Counted from the stretch's first letter, positions 11,727-22,977 are shown. The stretch is DNA of 64,000 nucleotides from an uncultured Thiomicrospira sp. (GCA_965195345.1 OZ239628.1:64001-128000), one strand, 5' to 3'. Translations and numbers: made by a program. The notes: generated from the letters alone by a model not told the origin.

Positions 11727-14240
11727 ATGAACTTACCCGCATCCACATCGTTCAGAGCAATAGGATATTTAAGCTCTCTATTCTTAGCTATATACATTTT
11801 CCTTGCCATAATCGGTTCAAAATCCAATGGTTCATTTGGAGAGTGGATCGGACATGTAGCTTGGATGTGGCTCGGCAGCTCAGCTTACGTACTCCCCGTA
11901 CTTATTACCCTCAACTTATGCGATCGTATCTGGCGCTGGAGCAAGACCAACAATACCTTGGACATTCCATTGTGGGCGCGTATGACAGGCACTGCGCTGT
12001 TAATATTTTCCATCTCCGGCTTAATTGCACTCCGTTCAGACGCAGACCTCTTATCAGGTGGGATCATTGGTCATTGGATGAACCTGTATTTGCAACACGT
12101 ATTTGGATTAATAGGCACCTTCTTTTTGTTTAGTTTGACATTTTTTGTCAGCATAGCCTTGACTACAGCTTATGATTGGATGAAGCTATTTGAGTCGACA
12201 GGACTGCAAATATTAGCTTTTTTCAAAAAAACGATTAAGAAAAAGGCCGATCCCCTACAAGAGAAAAAAACAACGCCCACGCCCTATCAACTGCGTAAGC
12301 TATCCGAAAAACCCACTCAACATGCTCAGCTGAACCAACTCACTCAATTAAACCAGCCTACTTCGCCCACTCAAAATTCAACCAAAAAGAAATCCTTATT
12401 TAAAGGGCTCCTTACATGGATGCAATTTCCAAAGAAGTCAACAGAGACTTCAAACGATCAGCCCTCTGCAACACACTCCAACACAGCCGTTGAACCTCCT
12501 TTAAGCATTAAGCCTTTAAATAGTTTATCAACAAACACCCAGCCAATGATTGACCCTGTGATCGTAACAGAACCTCAACTTGGACAATCTCTAAACACAA
12601 ATATTTCCCTCAACGATACACCCTCTTTTATTGATTCCCAAGATATTTTTGCTCAACCTATAGATTCCGATCAAGAGCACGAGGAGGAACAAACACCCAT
12701 TGATGTTAACCGAGCAGCAATGGCTGTTTCAGCACCCAAAGTCCTAGAAAATATTTTGCCAAACACTGATTTACTCGATGCTATTCCAGTAAAAGAGCAA
12801 GGATTTTCTGATGAAGAATTGCAAAAAATGGGAACGCTATTACAAGAAAGTTTACGAAACTTCAACATTCAAATAACCGTCGAAGCCGTTCAACCTGGAC
12901 CCGTCGTTACGCTATTTGAGGTACAACCTGCCCCTGGAGTAAAAGTAAATCAAATCAGTCTTCTCGCTAAAGATTTAGCACGTGCCATGTCGGTGCAAAG
13001 CGTTCGAGTGGTTGAAGTTATTCCAGGAAAATCGTGCATTGGTATCGAAATACCGAATGCAGTACGTGAAACAGTCAGTTTCCGTGAAGTCCTAGAATCC
13101 TCAACGTTCCAAGGTTCAAAACACCCAATGGAAATGGTACTTGGCAAAGACATTGCAGGTAATCCTATAGTAGTTAACCTTGCTAAAATGCCTCATCTTT
13201 TGGTCGCTGGAACAACGGGATCAGGAAAGTCTGTGGGCATTAACTCAATGATTCTAAGCTTGATATTTAAAGCAGACCCCAAAGAAGTTAAGATGATTAT
13301 GATTGATCCAAAAATGTTGGAACTTTCAATTTATGAAGGCATTCCCCATTTACTAACCCCTGTCGTTACAGACATGAGTAATGCCGCCAGTGCTTTGAAA
13401 TGGAGCGTCGCTGAAATGGAACGCCGTTATCGACTTATGTCGTTGCTCGGTGTGCGCAACATAGCAGGACTTAATGAAAAAATAGTCGCTGCTCAAAAAG
13501 AAGGAAAACCAATAAAAGATCCTCTGCATAAGCCTACGGCGGCGTATGGACATGAACTTGCTGAAGATGCCCCGCTTTTGGAAAAAATGAGTTTTATCGT
13601 AATCATCATTGATGAATTTGCAGATTTAATGATGGTGGTTGGTAAACAAATTGAAGAACTCATTGCTCGACTGGCACAAAAAGCGCGTGCAGCAGGCATT
13701 CACTTAGTACTTGCAACTCAAAGACCATCGGTTAACGTAATAACAGGACTAATCAAAGCAAACATACCAACACGCCTATCTTTTCAAGTTTCTACCAAAA
13801 TTGATTCACGCACCATACTGGATCAAGGCGGAGCTGATCAATTACTTGGGATGGGCGACATGCTGTATTTGCCACCCGGTTCAGGTATGCCAATACGTGC
13901 GCATGGCGCTTTTGTTTCCGACAATGAAGTCCATCGTGTTGTTGAATTTGTCAAAGAAAACCAAACTCCCCCTGAGTATATAAATGATTTATCCGAAGAA
14001 ATTAAAACGTTAGGTGGTGTTTCTGGCTTGAGTGGTGATAACACAAAATATGATGATGAAAATGATGATTTATATCAACAAGCGGTGCTCGTTGTTCTCG
14101 AATCAGGAAAAGCATCCATATCAAGAGTACAACGTGAACTGCGTATTGGTTATAATCGTGCTGCAAGAATCATTGAAGATATGGAAAGAAATGGTCTAGT
14201 TAGTTCAATGAATGCACAAGGACAGCGCGAAATACTTTAA
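11727..14240 (+). CDS. ftsK: DNA translocase FtsK
   Basis: N-terminal TM segments, low-complexity linker, [30 protein letters not shown], gamma domain [16 protein letters not shown]. Confidence 0.96.
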   Translation: MNLPASTSFRAIGYLSSLFLAIYIFLAIIGSKSNGSFGEWIGHVAWMWLGSSAYVLPVLITLNLCDRIWRWSKTNNTLDIPLWARMTGTALLIFSISGLIALRSDADLLSGGIIGHWMNLYLQHVFGLIGTFFLFSLTFFVSIALTTAYDWMKLFESTGLQILAFFKKTIKKKADPLQEKKTTPTPYQLRKLSEKPTQHAQLNQLTQLNQPTSPTQNSTKKKSLFKGLLTWMQFPKKSTETSNDQPSATHSNTAVEPPLSIKPLNSLSTNTQPMIDPVIVTEPQLGQSLNTNISLNDTPSFIDSQDIFAQPIDSDQEHEEEQTPIDVNRAAMAVSAPKVLENILPNTDLLDAIPVKEQGFSDEELQKMGTLLQESLRNFNIQITVEAVQPGPVVTLFEVQPAPGVKVNQISLLAKDLARAMSVQSVRVVEVIPGKSCIGIEIPNAVRETVSFREVLESSTFQGSKHPMEMVLGKDIAGNPIVVNLAKMPHLLVAGTTGSGKSVGINSMILSLIFKADPKEVKMIMIDPKMLELSIYEGIPHLLTPVVTDMSNAASALKWSVAEMERRYRLMSLLGVRNIAGLNEKIVAAQKEGKPIKDPLHKPTAAYGHELAEDAPLLEKMSFIVIIIDEFADLMMVVGKQIEELIARLAQKARAAGIHLVLATQRPSVNVITGLIKANIPTRLSFQVSTKIDSRTILDQGGADQLLGMGDMLYLPPGSGMPIRAHGAFVSDNEVHRVVEFVKENQTPPEYINDLSEEIKTLGGVSGLSGDNTKYDDENDDLYQQAVLVVLESGKASISRVQRELRIGYNRAARIIEDMERNGLVSSMNAQGQREIL

Positions 14241-14364
14241 TTTTAAAATAAATTTTCATGCCTGCCCTCGTGGTTGTTATCTATTCTCGCGTTAGTCATT
14301 AGAAAGTAGATGAACTATTTGGACTTTATACCACCGTGATACCCTCTAATTGGTTGGTTTTAAA

Positions 14365-15747
14365 ATGAAAATTATCATAATCGGGGCTGGTAGAGTAGGG
14401 CGTGGATTGGTGCGCCATCTTGATGCAGAAGACGATAACATCACCGTTATTGACTCCAACCCCACACGACTTGATCTTTTACGCTCATCTTTTGATGTGC
14501 AACTTATCCAAGGCATTGGATCAGATCCCAAAACACTAAGAACTGCAGGCGTTGAAGAAACAGATCTGGTTATTGCCGTCACTCGAGAAGACGAGGTAAA
14601 CATTCTTGCCTGTCATGTTGCTCATCGCCTGTCAAAACACGCCCAAAAACTCTGCCGAGTCCGACTACCTGGCTATTGGACTTATCGAGGAATCATTGCT
14701 ACCGATGTGAACGATGAGACTGTTATCGATCACTTCATTAGCCCTCAAAGAGTGGTTACTCGGCATATCCGACGCTTGCTTGAAACACCTGGCTCTCTTC
14801 AGGTCATTGACTTTGCCGATGGTGCTGTACGATTAGTTGCCATAAAGGCTTACTTTGGAGGTCTATTAGTAAACAAGCGTATTAACGTGTTGAAAGATCA
14901 CCTCCCTGCTAATATTGACACACGCATCGTTGCCATATACCGCGACGGCAAAGCGCTTATTCCCAGTGGGAATACCGTGTTACAAGTCAACGATGAAGTT
15001 TTCTTCATAGCAAAAACCGAACATATTCGCCTAATTTCAAGCGAACTACGCCGCACAGAAAAACCATATAGCTCAATCATAATTGCGGGAGGTGGACACG
15101 TTGGTCATCGCCTTGCACAGACGATGGAAGACCAAATTCGACTTGTTAAAATCATTGAATCAAGCAAAGAACGTTGCCGATACATTGCTGAACGATTAGA
15201 CCACTCTGTTGTTCTACAAGGAGACTGCACTGACCGCACGTTACTCAGCCAAGAAGAAATAGGAAATACTAATGTGTTTATGGCTCTCACCAACAATGAC
15301 GAAGCCAATATTATTTCTTCGATGATGGCAAAAGAAATGGGCGCGAGTAAAGTAATGACATTGATCAACAACGCCGACTATGCGCCCTTGCTTGAAAATT
15401 CACAAATTGATGTCACAATTGCCCCTGATTTAATAACCATATCAAGCATGTTGGCTTTTGCTCGCCAAGGTGACACTACTTCTGCCCATACCTTAAGACG
15501 TGGTGCTGCTGAAGCATTAGAAATCGTTGTCCATGGAGACAGTGCATCTTCTAAAGTCATTGGGCGGCGCATAGACGAAATAAGTTTGCCTATGGGCGTA
15601 TCCCTCGGTGCAATTGTGCGCGATGAGGAAGTCATCATAGCACATGGCGACACGTTTATTTTTGACATGGATCACATCATTGTATTCATTACTGATCGCA
15701 GATTAATACCAGTAATAGAAAGTTTATTCGGATCGACTATCCTATAA
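14365..15747 (+). CDS. trkA: Trk potassium uptake NAD-binding subunit
   Basis: Two RCK domains with GAGRVG and GGGHVG; C-terminal LRRGAAEALE; adjacent to trkH. Confidence 0.95.
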   Translation: MKIIIIGAGRVGRGLVRHLDAEDDNITVIDSNPTRLDLLRSSFDVQLIQGIGSDPKTLRTAGVEETDLVIAVTREDEVNILACHVAHRLSKHAQKLCRVRLPGYWTYRGIIATDVNDETVIDHFISPQRVVTRHIRRLLETPGSLQVIDFADGAVRLVAIKAYFGGLLVNKRINVLKDHLPANIDTRIVAIYRDGKALIPSGNTVLQVNDEVFFIAKTEHIRLISSELRRTEKPYSSIIIAGGGHVGHRLAQTMEDQIRLVKIIESSKERCRYIAERLDHSVVLQGDCTDRTLLSQEEIGNTNVFMALTNNDEANIISSMMAKEMGASKVMTLINNADYAPLLENSQIDVTIAPDLITISSMLAFARQGDTTSAHTLRRGAAEALEIVVHGDSASSKVIGRRIDEISLPMGVSLGAIVRDEEVIIAHGDTFIFDMDHIIVFITDRRLIPVIESLFGSTIL

Positions 15748-15754
15748 AGATGTC

Positions 15755-17218
15755 ATGAATTTTCAATCTATCTCTCGTGTTTTAGGCAAATTGCTCGCCC
15801 TTTACAGCATGACCTTTTTAGTTCCGCTCGCTGTTGCTTTTATTTACCAAGAAGACGAACTACTTCCCTATCTGGTCGCATCGCTGGTTACCTTCGCTAC
15901 TGCATTGATACTGTACTTGCCATCAGCAAACAATCGTGAGATCCAACCCCGTATAAAAGATGGCTACATCATAGTTGTTCTGTATTGGGTTGTTCTTGGG
16001 GTATTTGGCACGATCCCTTTTCTGCTGCTTCAAGAAACATCCCATGAATCATTTACAAATGTACTGTTTGAATCCTTCTCTGGATTAACTACAACGGGCG
16101 CAACTATATTCCCCAACCTTGATTCTCTCCCGCGCTCCATACTTTTTTATCGCCAACAATTGCAATGGTTGGGGGGGATGGGGCTCATCATTCTCGCTAT
16201 GGCAGTCTTACCCACCCTTGGTGTTGGCGGACAAATATTATTTAAAGCAGAAATCGCCAGCCCATTGAAGGACGAAAAATTATCTCCAAGAATCTCCAGT
16301 ACAGCAAAGGCTCTTTGGAGCATTTATCTCACATTGACCATTGTCTGCGCAATTGCGTATCGGATCGCTGGCATGGATTGGTTTGATGCTATCGCTCACA
16401 GTTTCTCAACCGTCTCAATTGGCGGATTTTCAACACACGACGCTAATATCGGCTACTTTAATAGCCCACTAATCGAAAGCATAGCGATGATTTTCATGCT
16501 CATTTCTGCCGTTAATTTTGCTTTGCACTTCAACACTTGGCACAGGCGCGACCTTGGCAGCTTAAAAAGCTATTGGCTGGATACAGAAACGCGCGCCTTT
16601 TTCTATATCATCGCAAGCATGTGTTTACTTGCCGTTCTTTTACTCACTTTTTACGATGTTTTTACGTTCGATAAAGCGCTTCGATACGGTCTTTTTCAGA
16701 CGGTCTCCATCATCACCACTACAGGTTTTACAAATGCTGAGTGGTATAACTGGCCTGGAGGTATTCCTTGGATGCTCCTATATTTTAGCTTTGTTGGTGC
16801 TTGTGCAGGTTCCACTGGTGGCGGCATGAAAGTCATTCGATTTTTATTATTAGTAAAACAAGGTTTACGAGAAATCACCATGCTGGTACACCCTAGAGCA
16901 ATCCATCCATTGCGTTTAAACCATCAAGTTATTCCTGAACGCATAATCAATACAATTTGGGGATTCTTTGCGCTCTATGTATCCGTTTTTCTTATACTAC
17001 TGATGCTGATGCTGATCGTGGGAGAGTCGCCTATTACCGCATTTTCTGCCTTATCTTCATGTATCAATAATCTCGGTCCTGCTATGGGTGATGCCCACAA
17101 TAACTATGCCAGTCTATCAACCGCAGCTAAAAGCATACTAACCTTCGCAATGCTCGTTGGACGTTTGGAGTTTTACTCATTAGTTATAATATTAACTCCC
17201 ATCTTCTGGCGTACGTGA
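15755..17218 (+). CDS. trkH: Trk potassium uptake membrane subunit
   Basis: SGLTTTGAT, QWLGGMG, SIGGFST, TTTGF, GACAGSTGGG, NNLGP, MLVGRLE pore motifs. Confidence 0.96.
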   Translation: MNFQSISRVLGKLLALYSMTFLVPLAVAFIYQEDELLPYLVASLVTFATALILYLPSANNREIQPRIKDGYIIVVLYWVVLGVFGTIPFLLLQETSHESFTNVLFESFSGLTTTGATIFPNLDSLPRSILFYRQQLQWLGGMGLIILAMAVLPTLGVGGQILFKAEIASPLKDEKLSPRISSTAKALWSIYLTLTIVCAIAYRIAGMDWFDAIAHSFSTVSIGGFSTHDANIGYFNSPLIESIAMIFMLISAVNFALHFNTWHRRDLGSLKSYWLDTETRAFFYIIASMCLLAVLLLTFYDVFTFDKALRYGLFQTVSIITTTGFTNAEWYNWPGGIPWMLLYFSFVGACAGSTGGGMKVIRFLLLVKQGLREITMLVHPRAIHPLRLNHQVIPERIINTIWGFFALYVSVFLILLMLMLIVGESPITAFSALSSCINNLGPAMGDAHNNYASLSTAAKSILTFAMLVGRLEFYSLVIILTPIFWRT

Positions 17219-18246
17219 ATACTTCTGATTTTTACTTCGACCTCCCCCAAAACTTAATAGCCACACACCCCTCAAAAGAACGTGGAATGAGTCGATTGCT
17301 ATACGCTGGACAAGAACTATCTGACAAATGCTTCACCAATCTGCCTGAATTTCTTAATTCTGGTGATGTGCTTGTTTTTAATAACACTAAAACCATACCA
17401 GCAAGACTGTATGGTGAAAAAACAACAGGCGGCAAAGTAGAAGTTACTATAGAACGAATACTGCCTAAAAATAAAGCCAGAGCATTAGTAAAATCAAACC
17501 GTGGTCTGCAAACTGGCAGCGAAATAATTTTAGCAAAAGGAAATATTAAAGCAGTCGTAATCAGCAAAGAGAAACAGCTTTACTTGTTGCAATTTGAATC
17601 ATCCATGAACTTGCTACAAGCGTTGGAAAAATGGGGTGAAATTCCGTTGCCCCCCTACTTACACCGTCCAGCCGAAACCATTGATAGTACACGCTATCAA
17701 ACCGTCTTTGCCCGTCATGCTGGCTCCGTTGCCGCACCTACTGCAGGGCTGCATTTCAATGAAAAATTATTAGAAAAAATTCGCCAAAAAAACATCATCT
17801 GTGCAGAACTCACCTTACATATTGGCGCAGGGACTTTCCTGCCGGTACAAACTGAGAAAATCGAAGACCATAACATGCACTATGAATATTTTGAATTACC
17901 TCAAAAAACCGTAGATGTCATCTTAGAAGCAAAAAAGCGTGGCAATCGCGTTATAGCTGTTGGTACAACCTCTGTCCGCACACTGGAGAGTGCTTGGCGT
18001 TTGCTTGACGGGCAACTAAAACAAACATCCGCTGAGACCAATCTTTTCATTAGCCCTGGATTCTCATTCAAATTAGTTGACGCTCTACTAACAAACTTCC
18101 ACCTACCCTCATCAACCCTGATTATGCTTGTATCGGCATTTTATGGACTTGATAACACGATGAAAGCCTATCAATATGCTATTGAAAAAGAATATCGCTT
18201 TTTTAGCTATGGCGATGCTATGTATATTCCTTCTCACGCTCGATAG
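17215..18246 (+). CDS. queA: S-adenosylmethionine:tRNA ribosyltransferase-isomerase
   Basis: GEIPLPPY, YQTVFA, GSVAAPTAGLHF, TNFHLP, YRFFSYGDAM. Confidence 0.97.
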   Translation: MNTSDFYFDLPQNLIATHPSKERGMSRLLYAGQELSDKCFTNLPEFLNSGDVLVFNNTKTIPARLYGEKTTGGKVEVTIERILPKNKARALVKSNRGLQTGSEIILAKGNIKAVVISKEKQLYLLQFESSMNLLQALEKWGEIPLPPYLHRPAETIDSTRYQTVFARHAGSVAAPTAGLHFNEKLLEKIRQKNIICAELTLHIGAGTFLPVQTEKIEDHNMHYEYFELPQKTVDVILEAKKRGNRVIAVGTTSVRTLESAWRLLDGQLKQTSAETNLFISPGFSFKLVDALLTNFHLPSSTLIMLVSAFYGLDNTMKAYQYAIEKEYRFFSYGDAMYIPSHAR

Positions 18247-18360
18247 AAAATAGTTTACAATAAATTTATGAATAAAAAGGGCTTTCACTCTTATATTCAA
18301 TTAAATTCCAAATTGATAAACAGGTTTGCACAGCAAGTCTATACTTAGAAGGATTCTCAT

Positions 18361-19701
18361 ATGAATAAAAAAGTAGCCATCATTGGCGCGGGTCCGAGCG
18401 GACTGGCTCAGTTGCGTGCTTTTCAATCGGCACAGACTCAAGGCGTGGATGTTCCAGAAGTTGTTTGTTTTGAAAAACAGGAAAATTGGGGCGGATTGTG
18501 GAATTATAGCTGGCGCACAGGGCTCGACGGGCATGGTGAACCAGTGCACAACAGCATGTACCGTTACCTATGGTCCAACGGTCCCAAAGAGTGTTTAGAG
18601 TTCGCTGACTACACCTTTGAAGAGCATTTTGGCAAGCCTATCGCTTCCTACCCTCCACGCGCAGTGCTTTGGGACTATATCAAAGGACGGGTTGAAAAAG
18701 CGGGCGTGCGCGATAAAATCCGATTTAACACAATCGTTCGTAATGTGCAGTTCAACGAAAAAACCAACCAATTTACACTCACTGCTCAAGACATGAAAAA
18801 AGACTCCATGAGCGATGAAGTTTTTGATTATGTCATCGTCGCCAATGGGCATTTCTCTACCCCAGCCGTCCCCTTTTATCCTGGATTTGAGTCATTCAAT
18901 GGTCGCATCATGCACGCGCACGACTTCCGCGATGCTCTGGAATTTAAAGATCAAGACATCCTCATTGTCGGCAGTAGCTACTCAGCAGAAGACATCGGTT
19001 CACAATGCTTTAAATACGGTTGCCGCTCTATTACCAGTAGCCATCGTTCTGGACCCATCGGCTACCATTGGCCAGATAACTGGACTGAAAAACCTGCTAT
19101 CAGCCATGTAGATAATCGCACCGTGCATTTTGTTGATGGAACAACAACGGATGTCCATGCGATTGTTCTGTGTACAGGATACCTGCACCACTTCCCATTT
19201 CTTCCCGATGAACTGCGCTTAAAAACCGCCAATATCCTCTATCCTGAAAACTTATATAAAGGCGTCGTTTGGGAGGGTAACACCAAGCTTTTTTATCTTG
19301 GAATGCAAGATCAATGGTACACATTCAACATGTTTGATGCACAAGCTTGGTATGCGCGTGATGTCATTTTAGGACGCATTAACCTACCATCACAAAGCGA
19401 AATGCAAGCGCACACCAAAGCATGGATGGAACGCGAAGGCACATTGGTTGAAAACAAAGACATGATCTATTTTCAAGGCGATTACGTGCAGATGCTCATT
19501 GATGAGACCGATTACCCAAGTTTCGATGTCAAAGGCGTTAATGAAACCTTCCTTGAATGGAAACACGATAAACACGATGACATTATGGGATATCGAAATA
19601 AATCCTATAAGTCATTGATGACAGGCAATCAATCCCCCCCGCACCACACAGAATGGCTTAAAGAATTGGATGATTCGATGGAGTCTTATCTGCGTATCTG
19701 A
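18361..19701 (+). CDS. tmm: Bacterial flavin-containing monooxygenase, trimethylamine monooxygenase type
   Basis: GAGPSG FAD motif, [23 protein letters not shown] fingerprint F.G...[16 protein letters not shown]. Closely resembles the Methylophaga-type mFMO/Tmm as recalled; tdm and tmoXWV lie in the same window. Confidence 0.92.
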   Translation: MNKKVAIIGAGPSGLAQLRAFQSAQTQGVDVPEVVCFEKQENWGGLWNYSWRTGLDGHGEPVHNSMYRYLWSNGPKECLEFADYTFEEHFGKPIASYPPRAVLWDYIKGRVEKAGVRDKIRFNTIVRNVQFNEKTNQFTLTAQDMKKDSMSDEVFDYVIVANGHFSTPAVPFYPGFESFNGRIMHAHDFRDALEFKDQDILIVGSSYSAEDIGSQCFKYGCRSITSSHRSGPIGYHWPDNWTEKPAISHVDNRTVHFVDGTTTDVHAIVLCTGYLHHFPFLPDELRLKTANILYPENLYKGVVWEGNTKLFYLGMQDQWYTFNMFDAQAWYARDVILGRINLPSQSEMQAHTKAWMEREGTLVENKDMIYFQGDYVQMLIDETDYPSFDVKGVNETFLEWKHDKHDDIMGYRNKSYKSLMTGNQSPPHHTEWLKELDDSMESYLRI

Positions 19702-19713
19702 GTAACCACGCAT

Positions 19714-19752
19714 AGCCAATAACTTATAGCACCGACGATTAAGTTATTGGCT
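19714..19752 (+). terminator. Inverted repeat downstream of tmm (terminator or stability hairpin)
   Basis: AGCCAATAACTTA (19714-19726) and TAAGTTATTGGCT (19740-19752) form a perfect 13-bp stem; there is no strong U-tract. Confidence 0.55.
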
Positions 19753-19862
19753 TAAGCTGTGAGCGATTACTTTAATCGATTGCTTTGAATGATTACTTTG
19801 AGAAAGTATGATTTGCGAATTATATTTCTCAGCTCGATCCGTCCTTTGCCGAAAGCCACAAA

Positions 19863-20588
19863 ATGTCGCAGCAAACATTAAACCTTTTAGAATCTATAGG
19901 ACTTTCCATAGAAATCATTCGCACAGATCGAAAGCGATCCGTCTCTATGCAATTAGAGGGGGAAAAGCTAAGAATACGCGTGCCAAAAACGCTGGAAGAT
20001 AAGGTCATACAAGACCTCATCATCAAAAAATCCACATGGATTAAAAAAAAACTTGCCCAAAACAAAAACAAGCCTCTGATTGTCCCGCCAAAATATGCGG
20101 ATGGGGAATATTTTAAGTACCTTGGTGAGGATTACATACTAACAATCAATACCAATGAAGGTATACCTTATTTGATATTACAAGATAACAGTTTCCAAGC
20201 ATTCATACCAGAAAAAACGGAAAAAATAGAATCCACCATTAACGACTTATTCATAAAATGGTATCAACAAAATGCGTCCTTAATACTCGAGGAAAAAACC
20301 AACCACTTTGCCAAAGTGATTGGCGTGTACCCTAAATCAATCACAATAAAGAACTACAAATCCAGATGGGGTGCTTGTTCAATCGAAGGCAACATATTTT
20401 ATAACTGGCGTCTCATCCTCACACCGATCGCTATTATTGACTATGTGGTCGTTCACGAACTTTGTCATATGCTGGAACACAACCACTCAAAACGTTATTG
20501 GCAACACGTCATGCGCTACCTCCCCGACCACAAAGAACGCCGCAAGTGGTTACGAGAAAATGCCATCCACATCAGCCATTACGAATAA
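19863..20588 (+). CDS. M48/YgjP-like (DUF45) zinc metallohydrolase
   Basis: KSRWGACS, YNWRLI, IDYVVVHELCH (HEXXH), NHSKRYW. Confidence 0.88.
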   Translation: MSQQTLNLLESIGLSIEIIRTDRKRSVSMQLEGEKLRIRVPKTLEDKVIQDLIIKKSTWIKKKLAQNKNKPLIVPPKYADGEYFKYLGEDYILTINTNEGIPYLILQDNSFQAFIPEKTEKIESTINDLFIKWYQQNASLILEEKTNHFAKVIGVYPKSITIKNYKSRWGACSIEGNIFYNWRLILTPIAIIDYVVVHELCHMLEHNHSKRYWQHVMRYLPDHKERRKWLRENAIHISHYE

Positions 20589-20740
20589 TCGGTAATACGC
20601 CTTAATAAACTTAGATGATTAACTGAGAAATCCCTACTTTTGAGTGTGCCATATCGGAGACAACTTACATAAAGACGGTGGGTGCTTTAGGGATTTTTGC
20701 GGAAATAACGCTTATGCTCGCTGGATTTATTTAAGAATAG

Positions 20741-22057
20741 CTAACTTTCAGTTGTAAATGAACTCATGAGAACTGCATATTCTGAGATTACATCATCTCT
20801 ATTTCCTCGAAAATAATGCCGTATGAGTGATAAAGCGTTAGAAATAAAATCGTCTATAGGGCTAAGCTCATTATCACTCATTAAAATGCATTTCAGGAGG
20901 GCGTGCAAGCGATGACGATCAAAGTTAACAATCGCTAATTTTTCAATTAATTCACTAAATGAAATATCTTTATGCTTCAGTCTGTTAAACAAAGGAGGAT
21001 CACAGACTTTAACCATTGCAAGAAAAACCACAATCTCTGTCAAGTAATCCTTATTAGAAAGTCCTAAACCCACAATCACAATATTTGTATATACCTTCTC
21101 CAATTGTCTTAATGATAGATCATAGTGTTTAGATAAAATTACTATATTTTCATAAAACACAGAATGTTCTTGCTTTGGTTCAGTAAAGCCATGTAATTCA
21201 AATAACCTTTGAGAGTATTTTTTAATATCATAAACATGAGATTCTTTCTTGTTTTGGGGCAATGATGACTCTATAGTTATAAACTTTTGTAAATAAGTAT
21301 GAGCATCAATATCTTGTCCATAAACTTTTTTTACAGCCACCTCCAACTGTTTTTTATTCATAACTAAGACAAATACAACGTTTTTAACTGAAAATAAATG
21401 TTTGATTTTTTCAATGACTTGAACGGCAAAGGGTGGTCTGCATCGATCGAGCTCATCAATGATGATTACTAAAGGAGTGTCTTTATTTTCGTTTAACTTA
21501 GATGGGAGTTTTGAGAGATCTTCTCTAAAGGATTGAACGAAATTTACTTCCTCTTCATGCGATTTCACTCGATCTTTAACATACTGATCAACGAGCTCTG
21601 CCGCACCATTTGACCATAAGTTTTTGAAACTTTCACTTTCTGTATCTCCAAACGTATTTAAAGTCACCGCCTTGATGCCCATTTTCGTCAACACTGGCAT
21701 TACCGTACGAGCAACGTTTGTTGCTTTTTTTATAAATTCATCAGTGTTTACATTAGAATTTTTACTAACATAATTGTTAATAGCACTTACTATTGGAATA
21801 AAGGCATCATCTGCATAATCAATTGAAAAAGCGTCAATGTAAATGTTTGAAATGTTGTTTTTTGTCAGCATTCCTTGCCACATCTTTACAAAGGTTGTCT
21901 TTCCCTCTCCCCAATCAGCATCAATTGAAATGACTAATTCGTGCTCAACATCGCGAACTATATTTCGAAGAAACTCTCCATACGCCTTCCTATTAAGAAT
22001 ATCTTTCTCAAACCCCTCTTGCTCATCAATATCCAGTGGTGGAATAACCAGTTTCAT
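20741..22057 (-). CDS. KAP family P-loop NTPase
   Basis: Walker A ISIDADWGEGKT, Walker B LVIIIDELDRC.P, EKIKHLF, YLQKFI..., SLRQLEK. Confidence 0.85.
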   Translation of the reverse strand: MKLVIPPLDIDEQEGFEKDILNRKAYGEFLRNIVRDVEHELVISIDADWGEGKTTFVKMWQGMLTKNNISNIYIDAFSIDYADDAFIPIVSAINNYVSKNSNVNTDEFIKKATNVARTVMPVLTKMGIKAVTLNTFGDTESESFKNLWSNGAAELVDQYVKDRVKSHEEEVNFVQSFREDLSKLPSKLNENKDTPLVIIIDELDRCRPPFAVQVIEKIKHLFSVKNVVFVLVMNKKQLEVAVKKVYGQDIDAHTYLQKFITIESSLPQNKKESHVYDIKKYSQRLFELHGFTEPKQEHSVFYENIVILSKHYDLSLRQLEKVYTNIVIVGLGLSNKDYLTEIVVFLAMVKVCDPPLFNRLKHKDISFSELIEKLAIVNFDRHRLHALLKCILMSDNELSPIDDFISNALSLIRHYFRGNRDDVISEYAVLMSSFTTES

Positions 22058-22529
22058 ATCGCTCCATATTAAAAACTACTAAGAATTAAACGTCCTTTTC
22101 GTCCAGTATAACAATTAACTGCAGCAAGTGCTGTTTCTTGGGCTAATGCCCGCTTTAACTTAGATTTGCTAACCCCTTATAAAATAAGGTTTTGCAAGAG
22201 ATTAAAAGAGATAAATTGATCGAATGCTTAATACACCTAAACCATAAATAGTTGTTATGCTAAAACTGTTGCAAAAAAAATCACTCCACAGTAACTGAAT
22301 AAACTGGAACGGCAATTATAATTAGACCGTTCTTCTTCCCCCTATTTTAAGACTTTTTTAACTCTACCCTTCTGTAAATCTACAGCTTAAGTAGTGGGTT
22401 TACTTACCAAATCTTTGACAGAGTATCCCTCATCCTTATCGTTCTTATCGTTGTAGACCAACTTGTCCCGAAAAGAAGTTCTTAGATATCCTCACTTTCT
22501 AAATCTCTGATACTTGCTTGCAGTAAAAT

Positions 22530-22733
22530 GTGGTTGAGGACATTTCTGGGTCAGACTCTGTAATGGGAGAAGTTAGGCAGGGTGAAAGAAAAGGTTCTCA
22601 GTTTCTTGTATGCAGCCGTTACCCGAGATGTCGCTTCACAAAGGATATAAAACAAGAAAGCGGTAGCACTTGGCGTTTCACAATCATTGTTATTTTGATT
22701 ATAATCGGAATCATTTGGTGGGTTTTATACTGA
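22530..22733 (+). pseudogene. Remnant carrying half a topoisomerase-type C4 zinc ribbon plus a C-terminal TM helix
   Basis: G..KGSQFLVCSRYPRCRFT matches the second half of zf-C4_Topoisom. The first CxxC is absent in frame, but TGC AGT AAA (A) TGT GGT just upstream reads CSKCG with a 1-nt shift. Confidence 0.45.
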
Positions 22734-22734
22734 T

Positions 22735-22881
22735 ATGGAGTTCTTACTGTTATGTTTCGTGGTTGGTGTAATCATCCTCTATCCTAAACCCATAATGAAA
22801 GGTATTTGGGCGACGATAGTGGGGGGAGCAGTAATCTTTGGTGTATCCATTCTTCTGATAATTATAGTCGGTTCTGGTTAA
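22735..22881 (+). CDS. Putative 48-aa two-helix membrane protein (not in ORF track)
   Basis: MEFLLLCFVVGVIILYPKPIMKGIWATIVGGAVIFGVSILLIIIVGSG*. ATG lies 1 nt after the previous stop codon. Confidence 0.4.
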   Translation: MEFLLLCFVVGVIILYPKPIMKGIWATIVGGAVIFGVSILLIIIVGSG

Positions 22882-22977
22882 TGAGAGTTTGAACGGTGAG
22901 GTGGTGCAAGTGGTGTGATATCGGATAAGCAGAAGTATTAGATAATTAGTATCCAATTGAAATAACGAGGTTTTTAC

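Noticed and set aside
12240-12760. Q/T/P/S-rich low-complexity stretch in FtsK
   Set aside because: This is the normal variable FtsK linker, not an insertion or repeat element.
18268-18371. ATGAATAAAAA occurring twice, upstream of and at the tmm start
   Set aside because: An 11-nt A-rich match is expected by chance in AT-rich DNA.
22750-22956. 68-aa minus-strand ORF
   Set aside because: No motif or clear RBS; it is antisense to a more plausible hydrophobic plus-strand ORF.
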